This document shows, one piece after another, positions 32,750 to 33,016 of a stretch of DNA of 33,016 bases. The position numbers and the translations under genes were made by a program. A model generated the notes under the pieces. It was given only the letters and a program-made list of their open reading frames with translations. It was not told where the DNA came from and searched no databases. The stretch's first letter is position 1. The number at the start of each line of letters is the position of its first letter. The DNA is from Spirogloea muscicola. Taxonomy: Eukaryota. The stretch lies in contig WELB01000031.1 of NCBI GenBank assembly GCA_009602725.1, forward strand, positions 522,244 to 555,259, read 5' to 3'.

Positions 32750-33016
32750 ATTAGAAGCAGCTCCTTTCAGTGGCTGTGAGAGGCCAGCCCAGCAAACATC
32801 ACAAGTGCCCGCCCATAGAGAAGAGTGGCCGGCAAAGAAAGGGCTCGCCCATTGAGGATAGGGGCTGGACAAGCCAGCCCAAAAAAGAATGAACAAAGAA
32901 CGAGAAGGGGGCCAGAGGAAGCCAGAGGAAGCGCTAAGAAACCAAAGCACACAAAGAAAGAAAGCAGCTACAAATTACTCAGTAACCCCTGCTAAGCAGC
33001 CGCAAATCAGAGAGGC
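32750..33016 (+). repeat. Copy of the hairpin-core repeat family upstream of the 8CM gene, running off the window edge
   Basis: ~32836-32918 is a close match (few mismatches over ~85 bp) to the reverse complement of ~17925-18008. Cores at 32772-32790 and 32862-32880. taagcagccgca at ~32993 also occurs at ~17525. Confidence 0.88.

Noticed and set aside
1..33016. tRNA, rRNA or snRNA genes; a functional gene cluster linking all six genes
   Set aside because: No recognisable RNA-gene structure by eye, and the genes have unrelated functions with no evidence of a shared pathway.

Overview
Eukaryotic, intron-rich genomic DNA from a green plant. Gene content (bacterial-type PEPC, CERES-like LRR, LEUNIG, DUF3339, DUF220-like), GC/CpG-rich 5' ends and many short GT-AG introns suggest a streptophyte alga, but the taxon is an inference. 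I traced six spliced genes by hand: (1) a CERES-like LRR protein with a C-terminal eIF4E-binding motif (-, 2511-6934); (2) bacterial-type PEP carboxylase (+, 7917-15942, 23 exons, ends RNTG); (3) a small DUF3339 membrane protein (+, 18625-18992); (4) a DUF220/SRPBCC-like protein (-, 20207-21474); (5) the LEUNIG corepressor with very large polyQ regions (+, ~22654-30534; first exon not found); (6) a probably secreted eight-cysteine-motif (nsLTP/prolamin-like) protein fused to a Gly-His-His repeat tail (-, 31438-32483), visible only after splicing three exons. Intergenic DNA carries a dispersed repeat family built on an imperfect palindrome GGGCTG-N6-9-CAGCCC, found upstream of every gene start in the window. 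One LEUNIG intron holds a degenerate TTTAGGG tract directly abutting a (GTACACA)n heptamer array. Family assignments rest on recalled motifs, not on database searches.
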